DNA from: Bacteroidales bacterium
GTDB lineage: Bacteria; Bacteroidota; Bacteroidia; Bacteroidales; UBA4181
Direction: 5' to 3'
NCBI GenBank assembly: GCA_031275285.1
Contig: JAISOY010000001.1
Span: 71,435 to 135,434 of the forward strand
DNA: 64,000 nucleotides
The position numbers were made by a program, and so were the translations under genes. Below, piece after piece: positions 17,320-27,738 of this stretch. Position 1 is the stretch's first letter; each line of letters begins with the position of its first letter. The notes beneath the pieces were generated by a model, which did not search any database, was not told where the DNA came from, and worked only from the letters and a program-made list of their open reading frames with translations.

Positions 17320-18591
17320 TTAATCCAGGATATTCACTATCTTATTTCCCACGGCGCAATGCAAGCAACGCTTGGACATACAATACTCATTTTTAAGCTG
17401 TAATAAAGCTTGTGAAGTAAGTGCGGTAGGATTATCCACCCCTGATTCATGCCATAGGGTTAAGATCGTATTTTTTTCAGGAGGAAGATTTTGCAGAAGA
17501 TCAATAGCACGGATACAAAAGTCTTCTTTGCTGCGAACTTTACCGTAGACAAATAGGAAAGGTATAACAGTATTGATCATGACGGAATGGAATGCTGTCT
17601 TTCCAAATGTCTTTTTCCGGTCAACCGCATCTTTTCCGAAAACGTAATGTGTATCCCAGTAACCGGAAGCCCGTATCGTGAACATTTCCTCTAATTGCCG
17701 GGTTGTATCCGACCCAATAATCCGTGAAAATAAATGATCGTTACGATGAATCAAATCAGCAAACTGGGCAATACGGACAGTGGGAAAGTTTACCGGACGC
17801 AACCGGAGAAATTTCCATAGATGAGATTCGATGGGTACCAATTGGTATTTATTCCGCAGGAAAAGATATTCATCCTGCAATCCGGTATAATAAGCATCCT
17901 CATATTTATCCTGTAGCATTCCTGCTTGTCCGAACAACAATGCTTCCAACTGATCCGGATGATCTTTATGTTTCAGCAAAAGATGGTATGGCAATGATTT
18001 TGCCAAAGTTTCAAAAGGCAGCCCGTTTAGACTGAACCCAAAATTACGGGCCAATCTCCGGTAAAAAGTTTCTTCCCAATTATTTCCTGTTGATGAATAA
18101 GTGCGTAGTATATCATTGGATTTTTGTTCCAGTCTTTCAATGGCCATCCTGTCCAGCCAGGCCATCCAGGTAAATTCATCGATAGATCCCAGTTTTTCTT
18201 TACAGGCAATGGTTTCTTTTTTTCCGGCAAGCTGAAGATAATTTTCATAATAACGATCATCAAAATGTAATTCCAGCACAGGCAACTTTTGTCCGTTTTC
18301 GGTATATACATCCGTATCATGTTGGTAAACCACATGCAAAATCACATTGTTGTATGCCGGATCATGATGATGTCCGTGTTTTTCCCAATCGGAAGAACAG
18401 ATGTGTATTTCTACACAACCTGCCCATAAGGTAGTTCCTATCCTGATACGTGCATCTGAAAAATCAGGCCCGGCGTGGGTATTAGCTATTCCGGGATGAA
18501 GCACCTCTATTTTTTCACCCCCGATGGCTGTATGATCTTGCGTAAGGTATAACCGGTGCTTCCAGACATAGTGCAGAAAATCTTCCGTCAT
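17320..18591 (-). CDS. DUF2851 family protein
   Basis: 423 aa. The N-terminus MTEDFLHYVWKHRLY and the His-rich HICSSDWEKHGHHHDPAYNNVILHVV are characteristic of DUF2851. Confidence 0.75.
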   Translation of the reverse strand: MTEDFLHYVWKHRLYLTQDHTAIGGEKIEVLHPGIANTHAGPDFSDARIRIGTTLWAGCVEIHICSSDWEKHGHHHDPAYNNVILHVVYQHDTDVYTENGQKLPVLELHFDDRYYENYLQLAGKKETIACKEKLGSIDEFTWMAWLDRMAIERLEQKSNDILRTYSSTGNNWEETFYRRLARNFGFSLNGLPFETLAKSLPYHLLLKHKDHPDQLEALLFGQAGMLQDKYEDAYYTGLQDEYLFLRNKYQLVPIESHLWKFLRLRPVNFPTVRIAQFADLIHRNDHLFSRIIGSDTTRQLEEMFTIRASGYWDTHYVFGKDAVDRKKTFGKTAFHSVMINTVIPFLFVYGKVRSKEDFCIRAIDLLQNLPPEKNTILTLWHESGVDNPTALTSQALLQLKNEYCMSKRCLHCAVGNKIVNILD

Positions 18592-18667
18592 CGCTCATTC
18601 GTTTAAATAGTTTGTTCAAAGATAGAAAAATTGAAATAAACTGACGGAGAAAATCAAAATAAATTCG

Positions 18668-19459
18668 TCAATGTTTCAGCCCCTTTGTATCCCTTAAAAT
18701 AGCCTTGACCGAACCTACCAGAATCTTCGCTTCAACCATGACCGGAATTTTATTTTTATCATCCGTCACCCAGATAATTGCATCCTCATCCCCTTTGAAT
18801 AAAGTACCTTCCACCAATTGTATGGCACATTTGATACAATTGTATTTCTTTTTGTTCTTGGTCTTAATCTCCTCTTTTCCCAGATACCTGAGATGTAAAT
18901 GATAAGCTTCACTATCCAGGATCATATTGATGGGTATCTTCTCTCCTACTTCAAAACGGCTAAAATCAATGCTCCTGAAATAATACACTGCCGACATGAC
19001 ATCAAACAGGCAGAATGTTAAGGGTAAAGTCCCGTTTACACCCGGTTTTTTTCGTTTCTGGACATAGGTATGAATCACACTGTCTTCATAATCAAACTTA
19101 TAGTCTTCAAATGCCGTATAACTACCTTCAACCACATCCCGTTCATACCATAGCGGCATTTGGGTGTGAGGATCAATATATGACTGGTATCTCTCCCTGA
19201 CTTTAAAAATCCAGTCATAGGATTTATAAGTAGTTCCAAATGCATATATGTGATATACCTCTCGTCCCTCATATTGTTTAGCAGTTACATTGAATTCAAC
19301 TTCTCCTGCATTGAGCCAAATGAAGCCCCAATTGTAATAAGCATTGTAAGTAAGCACTTCGCCGGGCATAAAAGCTTTTTCATCGATATGGCACTGGGCA
19401 CGTACAAAATAACAACTGCAAAAAGACAGAATTATATATATGACTATTTTTAGGTTCAC
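18668..19459 (-). CDS. DUF3108 domain protein (secreted)
   Basis: 263 aa with a signal peptide. YNAYYNWGFIWLNAGEVEF matches the DUF3108 pattern. Confidence 0.65.
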   Translation of the reverse strand: MNLKIVIYIILSFCSCYFVRAQCHIDEKAFMPGEVLTYNAYYNWGFIWLNAGEVEFNVTAKQYEGREVYHIYAFGTTYKSYDWIFKVRERYQSYIDPHTQMPLWYERDVVEGSYTAFEDYKFDYEDSVIHTYVQKRKKPGVNGTLPLTFCLFDVMSAVYYFRSIDFSRFEVGEKIPINMILDSEAYHLHLRYLGKEEIKTKNKKKYNCIKCAIQLVEGTLFKGDEDAIIWVTDDKNKIPVMVEAKILVGSVKAILRDTKGLKH

Positions 19460-19647
19460 TATTGGATATTATTATCTTGAATGTGGACGGATCAAAAATC
19501 ATACAAAGAAAACAGATATCGCTGATCATCCTTCAGGTATCATACAATAATTTTTACTTTCCCTCAACAAAAATGCATTATTTCATAGGGTATTTTCATG
19601 CTGAACCATCATAGGTATGTCAAATAAACTTATCTAAAAATACAGAC

Positions 19648-20922
19648 ATGAATTCTCTTATCAAAAAAATAATCTTATGCGTATTGTTTTCCGGTCTTTT
19701 TTTCTCAGGAATGACAACCACTGCACAAGAAAATTATTTCACCATCAGCGGTGTTATAAAAGATGAGATCACGAAAAAACCAATTGAATACGCCACCATA
19801 TCAGTAACTGGGTACAACATCGGGACCATATCCAATGAAGATGGTGATTTTTCACTAAAAATCCCTGCTTTCATCAGTAAAAAAACATTTATAGAATGCT
19901 CTCATATAGGTTATTATAGCATTCGCATTACTACCGATGGAAATGACGCTTCAGACCTGAAAATATTTCTCACTCCTTATACCGCACCTATCAATGAAGT
20001 AATAGTGCAGGGATGGGATGCCCAATACCTGATCCAGGAAGCCATTCGTAAAATCGGAGACAATTATAGTTCTTCGCCTACACGACTCACCGGTTTTTAC
20101 AGGGAAACCATACAAAAAAAACATAACTATATCAACATTACCGAAGCTATTATTGATATATACAAAACAGCATATACCATGGGAGTTGACCGGGACCTTG
20201 TACAAATAATGAAAGGAAGGAAAATTCTAAGTCCCAGGAAATCGGACACTCTGGCTATTAATTTAATGGGTGGACCTAACCTGTCTGTTGCTCTGGATGT
20301 TGTCAAAGATCCTGATTTCATATTAAGTAAAGATGCTTCATTTTTCTTTTCATTTGAATTGGAAGGTACAACACAACTTAACGGACGCGATCAGTTCATC
20401 ATATCTTTCGAACCAAAGGTCACACTACCTGATCACCTGCTGTATACGGGTACTTTTTACATTGATAAGGAAAATCTGGCATTTAGTCGTGCAGATATTG
20501 ATCTTGATATGAGCGATAAAAATAAAGTAACCAGTATATTGTTGAAAAAGAAACCGATCGGACTTCGTTTTAAGCCGAGCAAAGTATCTTACATAATTAC
20601 TTATCGGGAACAAGATGGAAAAACTTATTTACATTACATTCGCAACAATTTTCAATTCAAATGTGACTGGAAAAGAAAATTGTTTTCCACCAATTATTCA
20701 ATCGTAAGTGAAATGGTAGTAACCAATATTGATGAACAAAATGTATCTGTTATTCCCAAAAAGTCTGCTTTCCATACGAATCAGATATTAACCGATGAGA
20801 TCATGAATTTTTATGATCAGAATTTCTGGGGTGCATACAATATCATAGAACCTACCGAGTCGCTGGATTTAGCAATTTCGCGGCTTAAGAAAAGGAAAGA
20901 AAACACCCAATCAACTAAATAA
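19648..20922 (+). CDS. Carboxypeptidase-regulatory-like domain protein, 424 aa (paralog of 22536-24050 without the STN domain)
   Basis: Signal peptide, then ISGVIKDEITKKPIEYATISVTGYNIGTISNEDGDFSLKIP (CarboxypepD_reg). The shared downstream block FYRETIQKK...IDIYKTAY compares with FYREGINRK...FRIYKTGY in the paralog. Confidence 0.65.
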   Translation: MNSLIKKIILCVLFSGLFFSGMTTTAQENYFTISGVIKDEITKKPIEYATISVTGYNIGTISNEDGDFSLKIPAFISKKTFIECSHIGYYSIRITTDGNDASDLKIFLTPYTAPINEVIVQGWDAQYLIQEAIRKIGDNYSSSPTRLTGFYRETIQKKHNYINITEAIIDIYKTAYTMGVDRDLVQIMKGRKILSPRKSDTLAINLMGGPNLSVALDVVKDPDFILSKDASFFFSFELEGTTQLNGRDQFIISFEPKVTLPDHLLYTGTFYIDKENLAFSRADIDLDMSDKNKVTSILLKKKPIGLRFKPSKVSYIITYREQDGKTYLHYIRNNFQFKCDWKRKLFSTNYSIVSEMVVTNIDEQNVSVIPKKSAFHTNQILTDEIMNFYDQNFWGAYNIIEPTESLDLAISRLKKRKENTQSTK

Positions 20923-20929
20923 CAACACT

Positions 20930-21460
20930 TTGAAAGAATTTTTGATCTATACAAAGATCCGTCATGGGGATATCCGGGCTTTCGAAATGCTTTTCAGGCA
21001 GTATTATGAAGCATTATGCCTGTATAGTAACCGGATAGTAGATGATATGAGTGTCTCTGAAGAGATTGTCCAGGAATTGTTCTATAAACTTTGGAAAGAC
21101 CGCCATAGTATAAAAATAAGATTATCTGTAAAATCATACCTATATGGTGCTGTACGGAATCAATCGCTCCAATACCTGGAACATCTGAAAGTCCGGGAAC
21201 AATACCACCGGGTAACTTTAGATATGGATATGAGTAATCCAACACCTCTGGATGTTCTGGAATACAATGAGCTAAAACGACAATATGAATCTGTACTGGA
21301 AAATCTTCCGAAACGCAGGCGGGAAATTTTCCAGATGAGCCGTATCGAAGGAAAAAGTTATGAACAAATAGCCAGGGAATTATCATTATCGGTTAAAACG
21401 ATAGAAGCCGAAATAAGCAAAACACTCCAAACATTGAGAAAAAATATAAAAAACATATAA
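20930..21460 (+). CDS. ECF-type RNA polymerase sigma-70 factor
   Basis: 176 aa. Region 2 is IVQELFYKLWKDR and region 4 is REIFQMSRIEGKSYEQIARELSLSVKTIEAEISKTL. The ORF track gives a TTG start. Confidence 0.85.
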   Translation: MKEFLIYTKIRHGDIRAFEMLFRQYYEALCLYSNRIVDDMSVSEEIVQELFYKLWKDRHSIKIRLSVKSYLYGAVRNQSLQYLEHLKVREQYHRVTLDMDMSNPTPLDVLEYNELKRQYESVLENLPKRRREIFQMSRIEGKSYEQIARELSLSVKTIEAEISKTLQTLRKNIKNI

Positions 21461-21472
21461 AATGTTAAGAAG

Positions 21473-22300
21473 ATGAAGATCAATACAGATAAAGCCTGGG
21501 ATAAAGTATACACAAGAATAAAAGAAGAGCAGTTGCTCGTTCCCGAACATGATCAAAAAATACGTATATTAGCCTTTACCAGGAAATGGGTGGCAGGCAT
21601 TGCCGTTTTGTGTATCTGTGGTATGGTTATAGCTTATTTTATCATATCCAAAGAAAAAGAAAATACCTGGTTGACTGTACAAAATCAGGATATTTTGAAC
21701 ACATTGGTGAATACCCTGGAAGACGGATCTATCGTCTTCCTCAAAAAAGGCTCCACACTTTCATATCCGAAACACTTCACCGGAGAAAAAAGAACTGTAT
21801 CCTTCGAAGGCGAAGCCATGTTCGATATTTTTCCCGACCAGGAATCTCCTTTTTTGATTGAAACCAAACCAGTAACAGTTGAAGTATTAGGTACTACATT
21901 TGATATCATATCTAATGGAGAAGAATCGTTTAAATTATCTGTGCAAAACGGAACTGTAAAGATATCGCTAAAAAATTCAATGATAAACGCCATTGTCAAA
22001 GCAGGGGAATCGGTACAACTGGAATCAGGACAGCTACACAAAACAATATCCGGACACGAAATTTACGACCTGTATACCGAAAAAATGGATTTCAAAGATG
22101 AGTCATTGTCCAATATCATTAAAGTAATCAATCTGATTTGCGACAAACCTGTGGTTTTGAAAAATACAGATGTGGCTGAAAGGAAAATGACCATTAGCTT
22201 CTCTAACAATACACCATCGGATATGATTGAACTATTATGCATTGCAATGGGATTAAAATATAATGATGACGGGCATACTATATGGATTGATGCCGAATAG
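21473..22300 (+). CDS. FecR-family anti-sigma factor
   Basis: 275 aa with a single TM segment (WVAGIAVLCICGMVIAYFII). It has a FecR-like beta region and a C-terminal DUF4974-like tail (MTISFSNNTPSDMIELLCIAMGLKY). Confidence 0.75.
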   Translation: MKINTDKAWDKVYTRIKEEQLLVPEHDQKIRILAFTRKWVAGIAVLCICGMVIAYFIISKEKENTWLTVQNQDILNTLVNTLEDGSIVFLKKGSTLSYPKHFTGEKRTVSFEGEAMFDIFPDQESPFLIETKPVTVEVLGTTFDIISNGEESFKLSVQNGTVKISLKNSMINAIVKAGESVQLESGQLHKTISGHEIYDLYTEKMDFKDESLSNIIKVINLICDKPVVLKNTDVAERKMTISFSNNTPSDMIELLCIAMGLKYNDDGHTIWIDAE

Positions 22301-22442
22301 AACCCAAAACAATACCATAACAAAATCAAAATGCAGAAAAAGAATTAATTTTAAGCACTCTGTGCTATTTATTGTTTTCTTAAATCGCATTGATCAAGTT
22401 GATTACGCTCAGAAAGTGTAACATTAATTGTTTTATATTACA

Positions 22443-22450
22443 TATATTTG
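22443..22450 (+). promoter_or_regulatory. Candidate -7 box TATATTTG
   Basis: Matches TAnnTTTG and lies 86 nt upstream of the 22536 start. Confidence 0.3.
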
Positions 22451-22535
22451 TAGAATATAGGATGTGCCTCGGACAAGCTCAAGCAAGCTTGGCTTGCCTT
22501 CTCGGCTTTCACTATATTTGATATAAACGGGAAAT

Positions 22536-24050
22536 ATGATGTTCGGAAAGGTATGGATGTGTATTGGGCTATTGTTTATTCTTCCTTTAAATGCACAGGA
22601 TAATGATATCCTAAACAAGGAATTATATATCCCCAAGCTAAAAGGCAGCACTTATGAGGTATTAAAAAAAATCTCCGATCTCTCCGGGTACCTGTTTATG
22701 TATGATAGCGAAGTCGTAAATAACGAACGAAATATTAAAATCCCCGCCGGAGATTATTCACTCAAAGATATCATTTTACAAGTAACAGATTTTGAGATAC
22801 AGATAAAAGTCATTGACCGGCATATTCTGCTCCATAAATCATCTGATCAAAATCAGCATACTGAAAGGAATAAAAGTCATCTGATACTTGAAGGAATTGT
22901 TAAAGACAAGGAAAATAATGAACCTATCCCATATTGTTCGGTGAACATATCGGAAAACGGAATGGGAACTGTGACCAACCAAAATGGGGCATTTATATTA
23001 AAACTACCTGATTCCCTAAAGAATACAAGTGTCCGGATTTCGCATATCGGGTATGAATCCCAAAACATTCCGGCTGATTTATTCATGGACCATACAATTG
23101 ATATTTATTTGAATGCCCAAGCCATTGCACTGGAAAGTGTCATCATCAACTATATCGATCCGCAAAAAATATTGAAGGATATGATGGAAAATCGTTCCCG
23201 TAATTATCCATCCAGACCATTCTATACAACCAGTTTTTACAGAGAAGGGATCAACCGGAAAAAAGGATTTTGCAGTCTTTCCGAAGGAGTATTCCGTATT
23301 TATAAAACAGGATACAACTCTACATCAAAAGAACAGGTAAAACTGATGAAAATGCGTAAAATTTCCGATGCCCGGAAACAGGATACAGTAATCATGAAAA
23401 TGAAAGCCGGAGTTAGTGCTATCCTGATGTTGGATGTTGTAAAAGACATACCCGATTTTCTGGAAATTGACGGAAACATGTTTGATTACAGAAAAACCGG
23501 CATAGAAACCATGAATGAACACCGGACCCATGTGATCACATTCGAACAAAAACCGGAAATAAGAGGTCCTTTGTATAAAGGTTCGCTGTATATAGACGAA
23601 AAAAGCTATGCACTCATACATACTCATTTTCAGATCAACCCTGCCTATATTGAACAAGCCAATTCGCTACTGGTTGCCAATAAAGGCCGTAATGTGAATA
23701 TTTCTGTACAATCTGCGGAGTATTCCGTTTCATATCGCTTATGGAACAGCAAATATTACATCAATCATATACGTGGGGATCTGCACTTTAAGGTGAAGTT
23801 AAAAAAAATATTCTCTGTCCCATCTCTCATCCATACTTATTTCGAAATGGTTACCTGTGCCATAGATACGCTAAACGTCAAAAAAATTCCTTTCAAAGAA
23901 GTACAACCCGCACACAAAGTCTTTTCGGAAACCCATTATGTGTATGATGCCGGATTCTGGGAGAATTTCAATATGATTTTACCCGAAGAAAAACTAAGTG
24001 ATGCTATTTCCCGCATCACTTCAAAAATTGAAGAAAAAATAGAATTCTAA
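22536..24050 (+). CDS. STN domain + carboxypeptidase-regulatory-like domain protein, 504 aa, lacking a TonB-dependent plug/barrel
   Basis: Signal peptide. An STN-like block (YIPKLKGSTYEVLKKISDLSGYLFMYDSEVVNNERNIKIPAGDYSLKDIILQV...IKVIDRHILL) is followed by LILEGIVKDKENNEPIPYCSVNISENGMGTVTNQNGAFILKLP, then ~300 aa shared with the 19648 paralog. Confidence 0.6.
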   Translation: MMFGKVWMCIGLLFILPLNAQDNDILNKELYIPKLKGSTYEVLKKISDLSGYLFMYDSEVVNNERNIKIPAGDYSLKDIILQVTDFEIQIKVIDRHILLHKSSDQNQHTERNKSHLILEGIVKDKENNEPIPYCSVNISENGMGTVTNQNGAFILKLPDSLKNTSVRISHIGYESQNIPADLFMDHTIDIYLNAQAIALESVIINYIDPQKILKDMMENRSRNYPSRPFYTTSFYREGINRKKGFCSLSEGVFRIYKTGYNSTSKEQVKLMKMRKISDARKQDTVIMKMKAGVSAILMLDVVKDIPDFLEIDGNMFDYRKTGIETMNEHRTHVITFEQKPEIRGPLYKGSLYIDEKSYALIHTHFQINPAYIEQANSLLVANKGRNVNISVQSAEYSVSYRLWNSKYYINHIRGDLHFKVKLKKIFSVPSLIHTYFEMVTCAIDTLNVKKIPFKEVQPAHKVFSETHYVYDAGFWENFNMILPEEKLSDAISRITSKIEEKIEF

Positions 24051-24213
24051 TAAAGTTACTGAAACAGACATTTAAAAGACTACTCATCAAAATTTCTTAA
24101 CCGGACAAATAAAAACAGGCTTTATTTTGATATATCGAACAAACAAAAACTGATGAATTCCGTATACTTGCAATAAAATTGATATCATACTCTCTAAATT
24201 ATAATCGTTTTAT

Positions 24214-25530
24214 ATGAAAGTTGCTATTGTAGGAACTGGCTATGTCGGATTAGTCACCGGTACTTGTTTTGCTGAGGTAGGTCTGGATGTAACATGTATA
24301 GATGTTGATCAGAAAAAAATCGATAATCTGAACAAGGGTATCACTCCCATATATGAACCCGGATTGGAAGAAATGGTCCTGAAAAATATGCAGGTTGGAC
24401 GTTTGCACTTTGGAACAGAATTAAGCGCCTGCATGGAAGACATGGAAGTAGTTTTCATTGCGGTGGGGACTCCTCCCGATGAAGACGGAAGTGCCGATCT
24501 CAAATATGTATTGGATGTTGCCCGGACCATTGGAGCAAACTTGAATAAATATGTCTTAGCCGTCACCAAAAGTACGGTTCCGGTAGGCACCGCAAAAAAA
24601 GTACGTCAGGCCATTCAGGGAGAACTTGACAAAAGAAAGGTGGATATTCAATTTGATGTAGCGTCAAACCCGGAATTTCTGAAGGAAGGAGCTGCCATCC
24701 GTGATTTTATGTACCCGGAAAGAGTGGTACTGGGTGTGGAATCCGAAAAAGCAGAAAACATCCTGAAAAAACTATATCGCCCTTTTCTATTGAATAACTT
24801 TCCGGTAATTTTTATGGATGTCCCATCCGCAGAAATGACTAAGTATGCAGCCAATGCCATGTTGGCCACCCGCATTAGTTTTATGAATGATATCGCCAAC
24901 CTGTGTGAAATCATGGGGGCAGATGTCAATATGGTCCGTAAGGGTATCGGTTCGGATAGCCGCATCGGTTCGAAATTCCTGTATGCCGGATGCGGATATG
25001 GAGGCTCCTGTTTCCCGAAAGATGTAAAAGCACTGATAAAGACGGCCAAAGAAAATGGGTATCGCATGAAGGTCATTGAAGCGGTAGAAGAAGTAAACGA
25101 AGCCCAGAAAGAAATTCTTTTCCAAAAGCTATCGGATCATTACCAGGGCAACCTGAAAAACAAAACGGTAGCCATCTGGGGATTATCATTCAAGCCTGAA
25201 ACAGACGATATGCGGGAAGCTCCGGCAATCAGCCTGATCGATAGATTAATCAAGGCAGGTGTAAAAGTCAAAGCATATGATCCGGTGGCTATGGATGAAG
25301 CCAGGATCAGGATCAAAGATCCTGTTACTTACTGCAAAGATAAATATGAAGCAACCATAGATGCCGACGCATTACTGTTGGTTACTGAATGGACTGAATT
25401 CCGGCTTCCTGCCTGGCCGGTAGTAAAGAAAACAATGTCTCAACCATTCATTATTGACGGAAGAAATATTTATGATAAAAATGAATTAAAGGAGAGTGGA
25501 TTTGAATATGTATGCATAGGGAAAAAATAA
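24214..25530 (+). CDS. ugd: UDP-glucose 6-dehydrogenase
   Basis: 438 aa. MKVAIVGTGYVGLVTG (NAD-binding motif) and the catalytic GGSCFPKD. Confidence 0.95.
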   Translation: MKVAIVGTGYVGLVTGTCFAEVGLDVTCIDVDQKKIDNLNKGITPIYEPGLEEMVLKNMQVGRLHFGTELSACMEDMEVVFIAVGTPPDEDGSADLKYVLDVARTIGANLNKYVLAVTKSTVPVGTAKKVRQAIQGELDKRKVDIQFDVASNPEFLKEGAAIRDFMYPERVVLGVESEKAENILKKLYRPFLLNNFPVIFMDVPSAEMTKYAANAMLATRISFMNDIANLCEIMGADVNMVRKGIGSDSRIGSKFLYAGCGYGGSCFPKDVKALIKTAKENGYRMKVIEAVEEVNEAQKEILFQKLSDHYQGNLKNKTVAIWGLSFKPETDDMREAPAISLIDRLIKAGVKVKAYDPVAMDEARIRIKDPVTYCKDKYEATIDADALLLVTEWTEFRLPAWPVVKKTMSQPFIIDGRNIYDKNELKESGFEYVCIGKK

Positions 25531-25688
25531 TTTTTCCTATACAACAAAATAAGTAATCGTTCAAAATAATTCTAAATTATTTATGGTGAGTAAAGAACAA
25601 GACTTACCTTCTCAACGAATAGTCTCACGTTCATCCGGAAAATGGGCATTGAACCCGGAACTTTGAACTTTGAACTTTTTCAACCCGC

Positions 25689-26244
25689 CTATTGATGTAA
25701 AATCGCTCCCGTACCGTTGAAAATCCGGGTTAAAGGAATAAGTGTAACCGCACCGGTCAGGCCCGAAGGAGATATATCCCAGTTATCAAAACGAATATCC
25801 TTATAAAAAACACTGACAAAGTTAATGTCTTTAAAAATACGCCAGTTAACCCCTCTCCTGTCATAATCCCGGATGAGATTGGCAGGGAGGTTGGTTACTT
25901 CAATTTCCAGTAAATTTTTTCCCGGGTTCAAATGTTGGCCAATCTGTATCGTATATGGCAATGACCAAACGATCCCCACATCTTTTCCGTTCACATATAC
26001 CCGTGCACTTTCACAAAGGTTTCCGAGATCAAGCAACCATTCTTCGGCGTTCCCTGTCAATTCAAATTCGATGCTATACTTCCCGGTTCCCGCATATATC
26101 CCGGCACTGTCATGAGGTAACTCCGTCCACGAGATGGGATACCCTTCCATTGTATATATTCCCGGGATGTCCGGAATTCCTTCTGTAAAACTGAATGACC
26201 AGTTTCCAGCAATAGTATATGGAGTACCTTCTTTATAAAATAAA
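25689..26244 (-). pseudogene. 3' (C-terminal) fragment of a glycoside hydrolase gene split by IME-2
   Basis: Translating upstream of the ORF-track Met gives ...LFYKEGTPYTIAGNWSFSFTEGIPDIPGIYTMEGYPISW... This continues the ...DIPDYLF end of the 33014-35254 ORF exactly, across the 9-bp repeat. Confidence 0.85.
26236..26244. repeat. Left copy of the 9-bp direct repeat TAAAATAAA (target duplication / att core of IME-2)
   Basis: An identical 9-mer occurs at 33015-33023. Joining the outer flanks restores one open reading frame (gat tat tta ttt tat aaa gaa = DYLFYKE). Confidence 0.8.
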
Positions 26245-26505
26245 CTTCTAAGCAGAAAGTAAAATTAAGCAGAGTGTAGCGAATTAGCTGAACCAGCGTT
26301 CGTTACACTCTGTTTTGCTTTGTATTGCAAAAGGCAGAAAAGCATATTTAGGCAGAACACAGCAGTAGTTTCGTTACTATCCCATTACTTGAATAGTGAT
26401 GCAAATTCTTTGCTAATAGGTTTTTATTCAGTGGTTTGCGTAGTTTTGCATAGCGTCAGATAACTCAATGATAACTAATTTTGTAACCAGAAAAAACATT
26501 GAGTT

Positions 26506-27738
26506 ATGAGGTCAACATTCAAAGTATTATTTTACGTGAAGAAAGGCAGCGAGAAACCCAACGGGAACCTGCCCTTGATGTGCCGTATCACGGTGGACGG
26601 CGAAGTTAAACAGTTCAGCTGCAAAATGGACATTCCACTCCACTTGTGGGATGTGAAGAACAATCGTGCACCGGGAAAGAGTGCGGAAGCGCAGAAAATC
26701 AACCGCGCTATCGACAAAATTCGAGTGGATATAAACCGCCGTTATCAGGAACTGATGCAGGCGGACGGCTATGTTACCGCAACTAAGTTGAAAAACGCTT
26801 ATCTCGGAATCGGGGTAAAGCAGGAAACGTTGTTAAAGCTATTCGAACAGCACAATGCCGAGTTTGAGAAGAAAGTGGGCTATAGCCGGGCACAGGGTAC
26901 TTTCGCCCGCTACCGTACTGTCTGTAAACATATCCGGGAGTTTCTTCCCTCTACCTACCACAGAGAGGATATACCGCTCAAAGAACTAAGCCTGACATTT
27001 ATCAACGATTTTGAATACTTTCTGCGGGAAGAAAAGAAATGCCGTACCAATACCGTGTGGGGATATATGATTGTTTTGAAGCATATTATTTCCATTGCAC
27101 GGAATACCGGACTATTGCCGTTCAATCCCTTTGCCGGATATATCAACAGTCCCGAAAGCGTGGACAGGGGGTATCTTACAGAAGAGGAAATACAGACACT
27201 TATAGAGGCTCCCATGAAAAATAAAACATACGAACTGGTGCGCGACCTTTTCGTTTTTTCTATTTTCACCGGCTTGTCGTATGCGGATGTGAAAAAACTC
27301 ACCACCGACAACCTGCAAACGTTCTTTGACGGCAACCTATGGATTATTACCCGCAGACGAAAGACTAACACAGATTCCAATATCCGGCTATTAGATGTTC
27401 CCAAGCGGATAATAGAAAAATACAAGGGCTTAACGGGAGATAATCGTGTTTTCCCTGTTCCGAGTAACAGCAGTTGCAACGAGAAACTGAAAAAGATAGG
27501 CGTACAGTGTGGTATCAAAACCCGGCTGACCTATCATGTCGCAAGGCATTCCGCGGCCACGACTATCCTTTTATCGCACGGCGTACCCATCGAAACCGTG
27601 AGCCGTATTCTCGGACACACGAATATCAAAACCACGCAGATATATGCCCGAATCACTAATCAAAAGATAAGTCGGGATATGGAAGCCCTTTCGCACAAGT
27701 TGGAGGGTATGGAGAAGAATATCTGTGAAGCTATCTAA
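26506..27738 (+). CDS. Tyrosine site-specific integrase (Bacteroides type)
   Basis: 410 aa. HVARHSAATTILLSHGVPIETVSRILGHTNIKTTQIYARI. The N-terminus FKVLFYVKKGSEKPNGNLPLMCRI is of the same family as the IME-1 integrases. Confidence 0.9.
   Translation: MRSTFKVLFYVKKGSEKPNGNLPLMCRITVDGEVKQFSCKMDIPLHLWDVKNNRAPGKSAEAQKINRAIDKIRVDINRRYQELMQADGYVTATKLKNAYLGIGVKQETLLKLFEQHNAEFEKKVGYSRAQGTFARYRTVCKHIREFLPSTYHREDIPLKELSLTFINDFEYFLREEKKCRTNTVWGYMIVLKHIISIARNTGLLPFNPFAGYINSPESVDRGYLTEEEIQTLIEAPMKNKTYELVRDLFVFSIFTGLSYADVKKLTTDNLQTFFDGNLWIITRRRKTNTDSNIRLLDVPKRIIEKYKGLTGDNRVFPVPSNSSCNEKLKKIGVQCGIKTRLTYHVARHSAATTILLSHGVPIETVSRILGHTNIKTTQIYARITNQKISRDMEALSHKLEGMEKNICEAI

Noticed and set aside
24309-25125. 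Three minus-strand ORFs of 93-142 aa inside ugd
   Set aside because: They are antisense to an unambiguous UDP-glucose dehydrogenase gene.
25640-25670. Short tandem gaacttt x3 after ugd
   Set aside because: It is a tiny low-complexity repeat in a terminator/spacer region with no further structure.
26955-27518. 187-aa minus-strand ORF, and other antisense ORFs inside the IME-2 integrase and relaxase genes (for example 27571-27903, 28364-28630 and 28620-28952)
   Set aside because: They are antisense to, or run past the ends of, genes with clear catalytic motifs, so they are shadow ORFs.
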